From: Bdellovibrionaceae bacterium UBA6776
GTDB lineage: Bacteria > Bdellovibrionota > Bdellovibrionia > Bdellovibrionales > UBA1609
Assembly (NCBI GenBank): GCA_002453155.1
Contig: DKGG01000032.1
Location: 16,730-80,729 of the forward strand
Length of the DNA stretch: 64,000 nucleotides
Direction: 5' to 3'
Part shown: positions 19,562 through 29,200 of the stretch, one piece after another
Layout of the letters: each line of letters begins with the position of its first letter
Position numbering within the stretch: the stretch's first letter is position 1
Notes under the pieces: generated by a model
Database searches by the model: none
Seen by the model: the letters and a program-made list of their open reading frames with translations, nothing else
Told to the model about the DNA's origin: nothing
Made by a program: the position numbers and the translations under genes

Positions 19562-20578
19562 ATGGAATCTAAAAAGTACACGGTAGTGATAGCCCCAAAC
19601 AGTGAGGGGAGAAGTTGGACCTTCGCGGTTTCTTCGGCGTGGACCAAGGCCGTGGTTGCCTTTTCGTTTTTGCTTTCCTTGATTTTACTTACAGCCATTA
19701 CAGATTATGCGGGCCTTTTGATGAAGGCGCGAGAAAACGAAAAGCTGCGCGCAGAGAACAAGGTCTTGCGAAAGCAGTTTTCTGAAGTGGAAGAAAAGGT
19801 TTCTTCTTTGGAAGCCGGTCTCGATCGCATTCAAACTTTGACCAAAAAATTGAAGCTCATCACCAACATTGGCGATGAAAACCGGGCCTTGAAATTGGCT
19901 TACAGTGCCAGCACTCGTCCCATGCCAGTGAATGTGGAAGAGCTTTCCGAAGAAGGTTCAGATCGTCAGCCTTCCTCGGAAATGTGGGCCGCAGATCCTT
20001 TGAGACATTCGGCCGATCTGCCTGTGGATGAGCAAGATGGAGAATTGGCTCAGCGCAAAGAATTGGTCAAAGATTTTGCAACTCTTTCCGTTCGCATTGA
20101 TCGAGTCTTAAAGGACTCCCAACTGGGCGAGCAAAGTTTGATCAAAGTTTGGGACTCCTTGTCCGATCGAAAAAGTTTGTTGGGTGCCACTCCCAGCATC
20201 AAGCCCGCAAGAGGATGGTTCACTTCAAAGTTTGGTTACCGTTTAGATCCATACAGTCGCCGACCTCGCTTGCATGCGGGTCTTGATATCGCGGCTCCTC
20301 CGGGAACTCCGGTTCATGCTCCTGCAGATGGAGTGGTTTCATATGTGGGGTATGAAGGTGGCTATGGAAAATTGGTGTCTATTGATCACGGTTATGGCGT
20401 GGTCACTCGTTTTGCTCACAACTCTCGTGTCTATGTGGAGCAAGGGCAAAAGGTCAGCCGCTGGGATGTGATCTCTGCGGTTGGAAGCACCGGAAGATCG
20501 ACCGGAGCACATCTGCACTATGAAGTGCGGGTTCACGGCGTCCCCGTCGACCCCATCAACTACGTCCTTGAAGAATAA
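19562..20578 (+). CDS. M23-family peptidoglycan endopeptidase
   Basis: TM anchor, coiled coil, HAGLD and HLHYEV zinc motifs, GSTGRSTG. Confidence 0.93.
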   Translation: MESKKYTVVIAPNSEGRSWTFAVSSAWTKAVVAFSFLLSLILLTAITDYAGLLMKARENEKLRAENKVLRKQFSEVEEKVSSLEAGLDRIQTLTKKLKLITNIGDENRALKLAYSASTRPMPVNVEELSEEGSDRQPSSEMWAADPLRHSADLPVDEQDGELAQRKELVKDFATLSVRIDRVLKDSQLGEQSLIKVWDSLSDRKSLLGATPSIKPARGWFTSKFGYRLDPYSRRPRLHAGLDIAAPPGTPVHAPADGVVSYVGYEGGYGKLVSIDHGYGVVTRFAHNSRVYVEQGQKVSRWDVISAVGSTGRSTGAHLHYEVRVHGVPVDPINYVLEE

Positions 20579-20595
20579 AGTGCGTGGCACCTTAA

Positions 20596-23500
20596 TTAGC
20601 CGGTGGTGAGCATGCCGCAGGCAATTCCGACCAAAGTTTCTTTCAAAAGTTTTTCATCGTTTCGAGACATGGCAATCACTTGCAACAGATTTAAAATGTG
20701 AATGTAGGGTGAGCGCAGCAAAATGCTCTCCTCCAGCCAAGGACGGTGCCAAATCAGGCGCTCTCGTCCTGAGATCTCGCGACAAAATTCAACGGTTTTT
20801 TTATATTCTTCCCGAAACATTTTTAATATTTCTCGAGCAGATCCCGGAGAAAAATGTGTCAGATATTGTGCCCAAACACACAGCTCCACCTTTGCCAAGG
20901 TGAATCCCGTTTGTTTTACAAAAGAGGCAAAGAACGGATCGCCTTTAAAATAATCTTTCAATTCGTTCTGCTCTTCCAAAGAGAGCTTCTTCCAAGCGGA
21001 GCCGACTCCCCACCAAGTGGGAAAGAGCACACGAGATTGGGTCCAACATAAAACCCAAGGAATGGCTCTTAAGGATTGAACCGATGCTTGGGGGGTAGGG
21101 CGCTTTGAAGGGCGAGAACCTATCTTTAAAACTTCCAAATAATTGTAAGGCGTTGAATTCAGACAGGTGCCTAACAGTTCTGGTGAAGAAACAAAGTCCA
21201 CATAACTTTTCTCAACAGAATCTCGAAATTTTTTAAATGCAGGAGGAGATTTCATCCGAGTGGAGCGGAACCTTCTCAATCGAAGCTCTTGTGCAAAATG
21301 AAGCCCTTGGGAATGAAGGATTTCTTTGGTCGCAAAAGTTCTTTGAATCATCTCTCCTTGAATGGTGAGTTTTGGAGCCTTGGTCGAAGAGGTGGGCCAC
21401 CATGAAATCTGATCTTTGATGTTTCCTCCCCCACGGGCAACGCTTCCGCCAGAGCCGTGAAAGATCACCGGATTCAATTTATAGCGCTTTCCCACTTTGG
21501 AAACTTTAGACATGGCGGACTTGATCAAAGAACGACTGGAAAGAACCCCCACCTGCTTTGCAGAATCGGAGTAACCCACCATCACTTCTAATTTTCCATT
21601 CCACTTGCTGCGCATGGTGGAAAGCACTTTCTTTTGAGAAAGCCACTCTTCAAGAATTTTTTCCGAGGACTTTAGGGACTCTTTGCTTTCAAAAAGAGGA
21701 ATGACCGGAAGTCCGTTGTGCGTGCAATTTTTAACGATCAAAGACATCGCGTTTTGAAGGTCTTTTGAAGTTTCACAATGAGATATCACAAGGCCCCGTG
21801 CATAGTCCGTGGATTCTCCACCTTTGCTGATCTTTGCAAGGGTGGAAAGCATCTTGGCAATGGGTGCTTTTGAATCTTTGAGAGCTTCGGCAATTTTTCC
21901 GGAGTCTTCTCTCAGTTCAATGGGAAGAACAAGAGCCGGAAAGATCTCAAAAACCCGCTTGATCAGTTGAATGCGGTGGTGATTTTGAACGTGGAAATTG
22001 GCTTGCTCCACGTAGTGATAGAACGAGTACATCCACATTGCAACTTTCCGTCCATCGCTGGCTTTGATGTCAGCAAGTCCTGAAAGTAGACTTTTTAATT
22101 TTGTCAGTGCCTTTTTATCAAAGCTTTTAATTTTGATAAATTCTTGCAGCTCTTCCAAATCTTTTAGAATGTCGTCGATCTGCACTCTTAAAAACTTCAA
22201 CAGATGTGAGCGCGAATGGTTAAAGCACTCCACCATGGTCACTTCATTCACTCCAGGGTGTCCGTCTTTATCTCCTCCGACCCAGGTGCGAAGACGTATG
22301 CGGTAAGGCTCTCTTTGAGTGAGGATAAATTTTAAAATAGGTTCATGAAAAATAATGGAATAAATGTATTCGGCCTCATCGATCACCTTTGGAGGATGAG
22401 TTTTAACCAATGGGATGGAAATCAAAGAATGAAGGTGGGTGGAAATTTCGTCTTCATTGAAAGAAAAATTATTTTCCAACCCTTCAAGAATAAGAACCGA
22501 AAGTTTCTTAAAAATTTCAATCACCAAGGGGGCTCGTGCCTCAGTGGGATGTGCCGTCAGCACAAAGGTCAAATCCATTTGAGTCGATCTTTGGGGAAAA
22601 GGGGTCTTTTGCCTCTGCCTCCAAGTGCGGTAGGAGCTTTCACAGGCATTGATCAACTCGAGCATCAACGCAAAGGAATGGGCAATTTTCAACTGGTGTT
22701 CAGGAGTTTCTTTTTGAAGTTTTTTAAGAAGAGGAGCCAAGTTTAAATCGGTTTTCTTGGTTCGCATCAGCTTGAGAGTTTTGCGGTAGGTTTCTATTTT
22801 TTCAAAAAAATATCGTCCCTCTTGCTCTTTCAAACACTGGCCCAAAAGCAAAGTCATTTTGCGAACAGTTCGTCGAAGTTCTTTGGGAAGAAATTCCACG
22901 TTGAGCTTTTGATGCTCTAGAAAAAACTCCACACTTTCTTTTTGTTTTTTAAAGTCCCGATCTGTGGCCACATTTGGATTGAGCCATTCGATAACCGCCG
23001 CATATCCAAGGCTTTCGGGATCGTTATAAAGGTAATTTCCGGCGGTATCGATGGGGACAAAACCCTGTGACAACTGAAAGGAAAGGGTCGGGTCGAAGAT
23101 CTCTTTTTCATAAACTTTTTTGACGTACTCTTGGGGAGTCATTCGGTCTTTGAACTTCGAATAGCCTCGAAGCCGAGCTCCCGCACGAATTCTTGAAAGC
23201 CCATACTTGTGGGCAATTTCCTGGCGCCCTTTGTAGAGCATTTTTCCCAAGCCTTTTCCGCGGTACTCCGGGTCCACCATGACTTCTGCCCCATAAAGGG
23301 TTTTGCCTTTTTTAGGGTTGTGATTGTGAAAAAAGCCAGAGGAGGTGAAGTCCACCCAATTGTCCTGGGGCGAGTAATCGGACCAGGAAATGATCAGGCT
23401 GAATGCCATTCCGACCACTTTTCCAGTTTTCTTTTCGATGATGATCAATTGTCCATCAGGAAAATAAAGGCGATGTGCGTGAAGTTGATCCATGCGCCAA

Positions 23501-23613
23501 GGTTTCGAGAAGGGGTAAACGCGCAAGCAAAGCTCTTGAATTTCCTTAAAGTGCTCAGGCTCGGGGTGAATCATTTCAAATTCATTGGTCGGAAGGTTTT
23601 TGTTTTTAGGCAT
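20596..23613 (-). CDS. ppc: GNAT acetyltransferase fused to phosphoenolpyruvate carboxylase
   Basis: Residues ~1-212 are a GNAT domain (VMVDPEYRGKGLG, DPTLSFQL, GYAAVIEWLNP). The rest carries PEPC motifs LTAHPTE, PLFE, GYSDSAK, QGEMI, IGSRP, LRAIPW and GIACGM..TG. One uninterrupted 1005-aa ORF. Confidence 0.9.
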   Translation of the reverse strand: MPKNKNLPTNEFEMIHPEPEHFKEIQELCLRVYPFSKPWRMDQLHAHRLYFPDGQLIIIEKKTGKVVGMAFSLIISWSDYSPQDNWVDFTSSGFFHNHNPKKGKTLYGAEVMVDPEYRGKGLGKMLYKGRQEIAHKYGLSRIRAGARLRGYSKFKDRMTPQEYVKKVYEKEIFDPTLSFQLSQGFVPIDTAGNYLYNDPESLGYAAVIEWLNPNVATDRDFKKQKESVEFFLEHQKLNVEFLPKELRRTVRKMTLLLGQCLKEQEGRYFFEKIETYRKTLKLMRTKKTDLNLAPLLKKLQKETPEHQLKIAHSFALMLELINACESSYRTWRQRQKTPFPQRSTQMDLTFVLTAHPTEARAPLVIEIFKKLSVLILEGLENNFSFNEDEISTHLHSLISIPLVKTHPPKVIDEAEYIYSIIFHEPILKFILTQREPYRIRLRTWVGGDKDGHPGVNEVTMVECFNHSRSHLLKFLRVQIDDILKDLEELQEFIKIKSFDKKALTKLKSLLSGLADIKASDGRKVAMWMYSFYHYVEQANFHVQNHHRIQLIKRVFEIFPALVLPIELREDSGKIAEALKDSKAPIAKMLSTLAKISKGGESTDYARGLVISHCETSKDLQNAMSLIVKNCTHNGLPVIPLFESKESLKSSEKILEEWLSQKKVLSTMRSKWNGKLEVMVGYSDSAKQVGVLSSRSLIKSAMSKVSKVGKRYKLNPVIFHGSGGSVARGGGNIKDQISWWPTSSTKAPKLTIQGEMIQRTFATKEILHSQGLHFAQELRLRRFRSTRMKSPPAFKKFRDSVEKSYVDFVSSPELLGTCLNSTPYNYLEVLKIGSRPSKRPTPQASVQSLRAIPWVLCWTQSRVLFPTWWGVGSAWKKLSLEEQNELKDYFKGDPFFASFVKQTGFTLAKVELCVWAQYLTHFSPGSAREILKMFREEYKKTVEFCREISGRERLIWHRPWLEESILLRSPYIHILNLLQVIAMSRNDEKLLKETLVGIACGMLTTG

Positions 23614-23720
23614 TCCTCAATTGAATCTGGAGAAGGAACTCTTGGCTAGCATTAACGCAGGTCGGGTGGGGGGAGGGAGACGTCTGGAAATGAAGATTTG
23701 CATTCATAAAAAACGGGCAT

Positions 23721-23753
23721 AAAAAAAGCGAGATGAAAACATCTCGCTTTTTT
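23721..23753. terminator. intrinsic terminator downstream of rpsI
   Basis: AAAAAAAGCGAGATG-AAAA-CATCTCGCTTTTTT hairpin with A/T tails on both sides. Confidence 0.9.
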
Positions 23754-23776
23754 CGAATCGTCTTTCGAAGAATCGA

Positions 23777-24172
23777 TTAACGTTTAGAGAACTGAGTGCT
23801 TCGACGAGCTTTATGGCGTCCGTATTTTTTACGTTCAACCATACGAGAATCTCGCTTCAACAAACCGGCCTTTTTCAAGGGGCTTCGAAGATCCGCGTCT
23901 GCAGCAACCAAGGCACGAGCGATTCCGTGTCGAACGGCTTCGCTTTGTCCTGTGACTCCGCCACCGGTTACAGTGATTCGAACATCAAAGTTTTTTCCTG
24001 TGTCTGTCACAGAAAAAGGCTGCTTAATAACCGCCCGAGAGCTGAGAGTGGGAAAGAACTCAGAAGCGTCTTTACCATTCACAGTGATTTTACCAGATCC
24101 AGACTTCAAGAAAACTCGCGCTTTGCTGGTTTTTCGTCGTCCTGTTGCATAGAAGTATTTGTCGGCAGCCAT
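23777..24172 (-). CDS. rpsI: 30S ribosomal protein S9
   Basis: TGRRKTS, GGGVTGQ, ERKKYG, QFSKR. Confidence 0.98.
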   Translation of the reverse strand: MAADKYFYATGRRKTSKARVFLKSGSGKITVNGKDASEFFPTLSSRAVIKQPFSVTDTGKNFDVRITVTGGGVTGQSEAVRHGIARALVAADADLRSPLKKAGLLKRDSRMVERKKYGRHKARRSTQFSKR

Positions 24173-24187
24173 TTACATCGTCCTTTA

Positions 24188-24619
24188 TTATTGAATGTTT
24201 AAAGCTTCAGGTTGTTGAGCGGAGTGAGGATGTTCAGCTCCTGCATACACTTTTAATTTTTTGATCACTTGGCGAGAAAGCTTGTTCTTAGGAAGCATTC
24301 CTTTCACAGCTTCGATCACCACTTGTGCAGGATCTTTTTCGCGAAGCTGAGCCGCTGTTAATTCTTTCAAAGATCCAAAATATCTGGAGTGAGAGTAAAA
24401 CTTCTCGTCATTCCATTTGTTTCCGGACATTTCGACCTTTTCGGAGTTGATCACAACAACAAAGTCTCCACAATCCACGTGGGGAGTAAAGATCGCTTTG
24501 TTTTTTCCGCGAAGAACGGTTGCGATTTCTGTCGCCATACGACCCAAGGTCTTTCCAGAGGCGTCAATCACCCACCATTTACGTTCCACTTCTTCCGCTT
24601 TGGCATTCCAAGTTTTCAT
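24188..24619 (-). CDS. rplM: 50S ribosomal protein L13
   Basis: WWVIDA, LGRMA, TPHVDCGD, KGMLPKN, HPHSAQ. Confidence 0.98.
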   Translation of the reverse strand: MKTWNAKAEEVERKWWVIDASGKTLGRMATEIATVLRGKNKAIFTPHVDCGDFVVVINSEKVEMSGNKWNDEKFYSHSRYFGSLKELTAAQLREKDPAQVVIEAVKGMLPKNKLSRQVIKKLKVYAGAEHPHSAQQPEALNIQ

Positions 24620-24673
24620 GAGTTTCCTTCTCCTGAGCGTCTGCGCACAAAACTTGCGCAAAGAAAGCTCAAA

Positions 24674-24702
24674 TTCTTATGGTTTTCGGCACTTGTTGTC
24701 AA
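24674..24702 (-). promoter_or_regulatory. sigma70-type promoter of rplM-rpsI
   Basis: Minus strand TTGACA-N17-TAAGAA. Confidence 0.6.
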
Positions 24703-24722
24703 GCTTGCTGCTGAGGGAATTC

Positions 24723-25460
24723 TCAGTAGTGAACTTTCCACAGAAACAACCCGTGTGCGGGGGCAGTATCTTTGGCCTTCGTCCGGTCTTTGGCCTCTAG
24801 AATGGACTTCAGAGCTTCGGGGGGCAAATTCTTGCGGTGTGCATAGAGTTGGAGTCCGACCAAATTTCGAACCATTTGTTTCAAAAATCCATCCCCCTGA
24901 ACCTGATACTCGATCAAGTGGGGACGGCGGACCCTCCAGAGGGAGCGATTCAAGGTCCGGATGGTGCTTGGGACGGGCGTTCCACGGGTTTGAAAGCTCT
25001 TAAAATCATGGGTGCCCAAAAAAACTTCCCCATAGGAGTTCAGGCGATCTAAATCCAGGGGGTTGGGGACCCAAAGGCTCAGCTCCTCTAGAAAAGGATT
25101 TGAGACGGGGTGATTCCAGATGCGGTAGATATAAGTCTTTCCTGTCGCACTGGCTAAGGCATGGAAATCTGAGGGAACTTGGGAAACTTTTTGAATGCTG
25201 ACCCCGGCAGGAAGCAGGCGGTTCAGCTTGTAGCGCAAGTTTTCGGGAACGTCGGGCAGGTCACAATGGGCCACTTGGTTGCGGGCATGGGTTCCCGCAT
25301 CGGTGCGGCCGGAGCCAAGAACGCGAATCGGTTGATTGTAGATCTTAGAGAGCAGTTCTTCCAAGAGTCCTTGAAGGGTGGGAAGTTTGGAAGCCTTTTG
25401 CTTTTGCCAACCTTCGAACGAAGTGCCTTTGTATTGAATGTCCAGTCGGATTCGAGTCAT
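24723..25460 (-). CDS. truA: tRNA pseudouridine(38-40) synthase
   Basis: GSGRTDAGTHA, GTHDF, FLKQMVR, APAHGL. Confidence 0.96.
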   Translation of the reverse strand: MTRIRLDIQYKGTSFEGWQKQKASKLPTLQGLLEELLSKIYNQPIRVLGSGRTDAGTHARNQVAHCDLPDVPENLRYKLNRLLPAGVSIQKVSQVPSDFHALASATGKTYIYRIWNHPVSNPFLEELSLWVPNPLDLDRLNSYGEVFLGTHDFKSFQTRGTPVPSTIRTLNRSLWRVRRPHLIEYQVQGDGFLKQMVRNLVGLQLYAHRKNLPPEALKSILEAKDRTKAKDTAPAHGLFLWKVHY

Positions 25461-25464
25461 GGAG

Positions 25465-26364
25465 TTAAAACTCCATCAAAAAGCCCCCATTGATCAAGTC
25501 CGAACTGAAATCATATTTGTCGCTGAGGCCAAGGACGGTTCGGTACTCACCCACTATAAAGATGCGGTTGATTCCATATTCCCGGTCCAACTGAGCGCGG
25601 GTGATGGCATCAAAGACGGAAAGGTTGAATTGGCCGCCCACCGCTCCGTAGGCGCCAAAGGCACCGCCAAACTTGGGGTTTTGGCCATCATCGCGAAATT
25701 CAGAAAAGGTAAATCCGAGCACGCCTCCATCCACATAGGGAACAATCAACTGGTTGTCCCAAATTTGAAAGCGGGCCACGGCTCCAAGACTGTTGGGAAG
25801 CATTAAGAAGGTGAAGGTCTCTCGCGGTTTGTCCACGCCCGTTTTTCCTGTTTGTGGCGTTTCAAAGTGACCGTTTCCTTGAGCGATGTAAAAACCTGAA
25901 CCCACTTTCAATCCCACTTTGGCAATCCCGATGTGAAGAAGCTGCCATTCATAGTCCAACAAAAAAGTGGGATTGGAGGTGGAATCATAGTTTTCAGCAA
26001 AGGTGGAATTGGCTTGGTCTACGGCTTCGGGATTTTTTAATTTGTTGGGGTCAAAATAGCCCAGCCGAAAACTGACTCCACGAGTTTGTTCGGAGGTTTT
26101 GACTTTGTACACATAGACTTTGTCTTTGGTGACTCTCAAGAGGCCTCGTTTGGCATCGGGATGGGGGACGCGGTCCACTCCTTTGTAGGGCTCCCAATCA
26201 AATCGAGGCCGACTTTCGCCTTCCTTCATTTGTTTGGGTTGAATTTCTGCATCCGAGGTTTCCAGTCGAATGGAAGAGTTTTGTGCAAAGGCCACCGAAG
26301 AAAGCATTAAGCCGGAACCAAAAATAGCAGCAAAACTTTTTTGAAGGCATTTTGTGAAAATCAC
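25465..26364 (-). CDS. outer-membrane beta-barrel protein (possibly MXAN_2562-like)
   Basis: Signal peptide (AFA), amphipathic strands, LIVPYV.GG, C-terminal Phe (FLMEF). Overlaps the stop of the upstream CFI-box gene. Confidence 0.6.
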   Translation of the reverse strand: MIFTKCLQKSFAAIFGSGLMLSSVAFAQNSSIRLETSDAEIQPKQMKEGESRPRFDWEPYKGVDRVPHPDAKRGLLRVTKDKVYVYKVKTSEQTRGVSFRLGYFDPNKLKNPEAVDQANSTFAENYDSTSNPTFLLDYEWQLLHIGIAKVGLKVGSGFYIAQGNGHFETPQTGKTGVDKPRETFTFLMLPNSLGAVARFQIWDNQLIVPYVDGGVLGFTFSEFRDDGQNPKFGGAFGAYGAVGGQFNLSVFDAITRAQLDREYGINRIFIVGEYRTVLGLSDKYDFSSDLINGGFLMEF

Positions 26365-27773
26365 TTGAGGGCCTTTCTAAAAAGTTGGCGGCGTCCCCAT
26401 TGAAGAAAGAAAGCCAGAGTCAGGGTAACGGCAAGAATGCTGATTCCTAAAAGAAAAAAGCTCTGCCAAAGATTGAAGTGAAAATGCAGACTCAAAAAGG
26501 TCAGCCCCCAAGCCGGCCACAAGATGGCGCGAGCCAAAGGTTTCATCCAAGGATGTTCGTGAAGGGCACGGGCCATCTTCGGACCGTAATTGTAGTAGGC
26601 GCGGTTGAGGGCCATTCCCAGTTGAGACCGGAGGAGCACTTTTTGGCGAAAGCTTCGAAAGGTGTCAATGTGTGGATCCAACTGGCTTCCGTAAGCGGCG
26701 GTAGCGACAAAGCAGTTGAGATCTTCGGTCAGAAGTCCAACCACTTTGCTGGGCGTTCCTGCATAACTGCAATCTGCATTGCCACCACCACTGGTTGTAA
26801 CTCCACAGGATTTGCCAATGAGATAAGCGTCATCCATGGCGTTATAAACATTTCCGGCTTTGTCCACCGAGGCCGGTCGAAAATGGTAAGTGACTCCATT
26901 TTCTAAACCGTCAATGACCTGTGCGATAGTTCCGTCTGTATCAACATCTTGGAATGCGGATTCCAAAGTTTCCCCGGCGGCAGTGGGCGATTGTGGAGCT
27001 TTCACATAAGCGTATTCAAAGGAGCCAGTGCCTATGTAAAATTGAATTCCACTCAAGTTGGTGAAATTTCCGATGTTTGATTGCTCAATGTAGACTTTTT
27101 CGTCACCGGGATAGACAAAAAAATCACGAAGAGATTCTTCTGCTGGTGAACTTGCGGTTCCTGAGTTGGTTGAGCTTTGAAAGTAAAGACTAAACTTTAC
27201 CGTTCCAGAATCTGTTTCTGTGTCGGTACCGGTCACTTCTAATGTGAGATCTGCAGACTTGGTTCCAGATGCGAGTTCAGTGCAAGAGCCACTCGAAATA
27301 TCACTGCAGGAGCAGCTGGCAACCAATTGACAAATATCACTCCAAGGTCTTGTGAATGTAAACACGCCTCCAGAATTTGACGTGGTGGTGCTGTCACGAC
27401 TGTCGGTGGTGCTCTTTATTTTTACCGTTCCGGAAGTGATATTATCGGATTTTAAAGTGATCGTAAGAACAGTGGAGTCGGTGACGGTTCGGGTGTTGCA
27501 GGTGAAGCAGGTGGTTCCTCCACAGCAATTCGCGTCACCCACCGTGCAAGTGGAGGTGCTGGCCGGTGACGTGCAACTGTCACACACACCTGTGGATGTG
27601 GTGGCGCAAGTTCCGTTAAATCCCGCAATCACTTCCACTCCAGTGGAACTGAAGGTTCGACTGGAAGTTCCGGTGACTTCGGTGATCGTAATTTCAGCCG
27701 TGGCCGAAAGGCTCCCGAAAAGAAGAATGCTCAAAAAACTCAGACTCAATTTTGAAAGAATGTTCCACCCCAT
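26361..27773 (-). CDS. Cys/Ser/Thr-rich exported protein with CFI-box-CTERM domain
   Basis: Signal peptide, Cys-rich N-terminal half, FN3-like GLENGVTYHF..SVDKAGN, then CFVATAAYGS...FR.FR..YY..GP, a C-terminal TM and basic tail. Confidence 0.75.
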   Translation of the reverse strand: MGWNILSKLSLSFLSILLFGSLSATAEITITEVTGTSSRTFSSTGVEVIAGFNGTCATTSTGVCDSCTSPASTSTCTVGDANCCGGTTCFTCNTRTVTDSTVLTITLKSDNITSGTVKIKSTTDSRDSTTTSNSGGVFTFTRPWSDICQLVASCSCSDISSGSCTELASGTKSADLTLEVTGTDTETDSGTVKFSLYFQSSTNSGTASSPAEESLRDFFVYPGDEKVYIEQSNIGNFTNLSGIQFYIGTGSFEYAYVKAPQSPTAAGETLESAFQDVDTDGTIAQVIDGLENGVTYHFRPASVDKAGNVYNAMDDAYLIGKSCGVTTSGGGNADCSYAGTPSKVVGLLTEDLNCFVATAAYGSQLDPHIDTFRSFRQKVLLRSQLGMALNRAYYNYGPKMARALHEHPWMKPLARAILWPAWGLTFLSLHFHFNLWQSFFLLGISILAVTLTLAFFLQWGRRQLFRKALK

Positions 27774-28030
27774 GGTCTAAAATCAGATCATGGGTCCGAA
27801 CCATTGTCAAAATTTTGAAATTTTTGAGGATTTTTGGAAATTGAACGGTTTCAAAAATATTTAAGAAAAAGTCTATTCCGCGTTTGCAAATCAAGGTCCG
27901 CCCAAAATTGTCATGGTGTTTGGGGCCTAAACAGCCAAATCTTTCGAGATTCACCTCAGGTGGGCTCGGAATTTGAAAGATAAAGGTGAAAAGTCATTTT
28001 ATACAACGAGTTCCCACTAAGGAGGCCATT

Positions 28031-29200
28031 TTGAATCCACTCTTCACACAAAAAACCTGTGCATCGATTTTGTCCCTCTTTATGGGGTTCAGTTGTGCCT
28101 TCTCCGCACAAGCCATGGATCTAAGACGTGCCTGCGATCCGGCAGAGGACACGCTTACAATAGGTGGAGTTGGAGACCTATTGATTCACAAATATATTCA
28201 AAACGCAGCTCAAAAGAAAAAGGGCCACTACAGTTATCTTTGGAAGAACGTCAAATCTCACATTCAAGGCGTGGATATCATGTATGCAAATTTAGAAACC
28301 CCACTGGCCGCCGGTGTGGCGAGAGATGGCACCCTTCACCCTGACCCAGGAGTTTTTTGGGATGAAAGAGAATACATTTATTCAGGTTACCCTGCTTTTA
28401 ACACGCCACCAGAGTTGGCAAAAAACCTCAAAGCTGGAGGGTTCGATATTGTTTCAACGGCGAACAATCATGCGGCAGATCGTGGCCTCATTGGAATTGA
28501 TAAGACCATCGATTCTTTGGAAAGCGCAGGCTTGCAATTCACAGGAAGTCGTCGAAAGGGAGATCGAAACAGCTTTGCCACTATTGTGAATAAAAAAGGC
28601 TGGAAGGTTGCTTTTATCGCTTGCACCTATGGGGTGAACGGAAAGAGTGGGACTGCGATTCGAGGCCAAATTTTGCAATGCTATTCTCAGAAAAGCCTTC
28701 TGCTTTCTGAAATTCGTAATGCACGAAAAGTTGCAGATGTTGTTGTCGTGACTCCACATTGGGGAACCGAGAATGTGCATCGCCCTCAATCCTCACAGGT
28801 CAGTTTGGCTCAGGAAATCGTGGATGCGGGTGCAGATCTGGTCATTGGAACCCATGCTCATGTGGTACAGCCCATTCAAAAGTTTAAGTCTTCTGATGGC
28901 CGCGAAGTACCTGTCGTTTTCGGGACAGGAAATTTTGTCAGTTCTCAACCTGGGATTAACAAATTAGGTTTGATGGTGATCGCGGGATTTTCAAGAAGAG
29001 GAAATCAAGTTTGGGCCAATGGGCTTCGCCATTTGCCTCTTTACATGACTCGTTCTTATTTAAGCGTGGATTTTTTGGACCAAGTTAAACCAGAAAACCA
29101 AAGGAAATTGTGGTCGGTGGTTTCTAATGTGGTGGGGAATGATTTTGGTTTGATGAACTCAAGAGAGCCCATCAAAACCAACCCATTGTGTGGAAACTAA
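28031..29200 (+). CDS. CapA-family metallophosphoesterase (exported)
   Basis: GDLLIH, NLETP, ANNHAAD, PHWG, GTHAHV, GNF. Start placed at a TTG after GGAGG. Confidence 0.88.
   Translation: MNPLFTQKTCASILSLFMGFSCAFSAQAMDLRRACDPAEDTLTIGGVGDLLIHKYIQNAAQKKKGHYSYLWKNVKSHIQGVDIMYANLETPLAAGVARDGTLHPDPGVFWDEREYIYSGYPAFNTPPELAKNLKAGGFDIVSTANNHAADRGLIGIDKTIDSLESAGLQFTGSRRKGDRNSFATIVNKKGWKVAFIACTYGVNGKSGTAIRGQILQCYSQKSLLLSEIRNARKVADVVVVTPHWGTENVHRPQSSQVSLAQEIVDAGADLVIGTHAHVVQPIQKFKSSDGREVPVVFGTGNFVSSQPGINKLGLMVIAGFSRRGNQVWANGLRHLPLYMTRSYLSVDFLDQVKPENQRKLWSVVSNVVGNDFGLMNSREPIKTNPLCGN

Noticed and set aside
24389-25003. 204-aa plus-strand ORF across rplM and truA
   Set aside because: It is antisense to two conserved genes and has no recognisable content.
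28031-29200. Poly-gamma-glutamate capsule locus (CapA plus ggt as CapD)
   Set aside because: capB/capC are absent and ggt is about 27 kb away; stand-alone CapA-family proteins are common.
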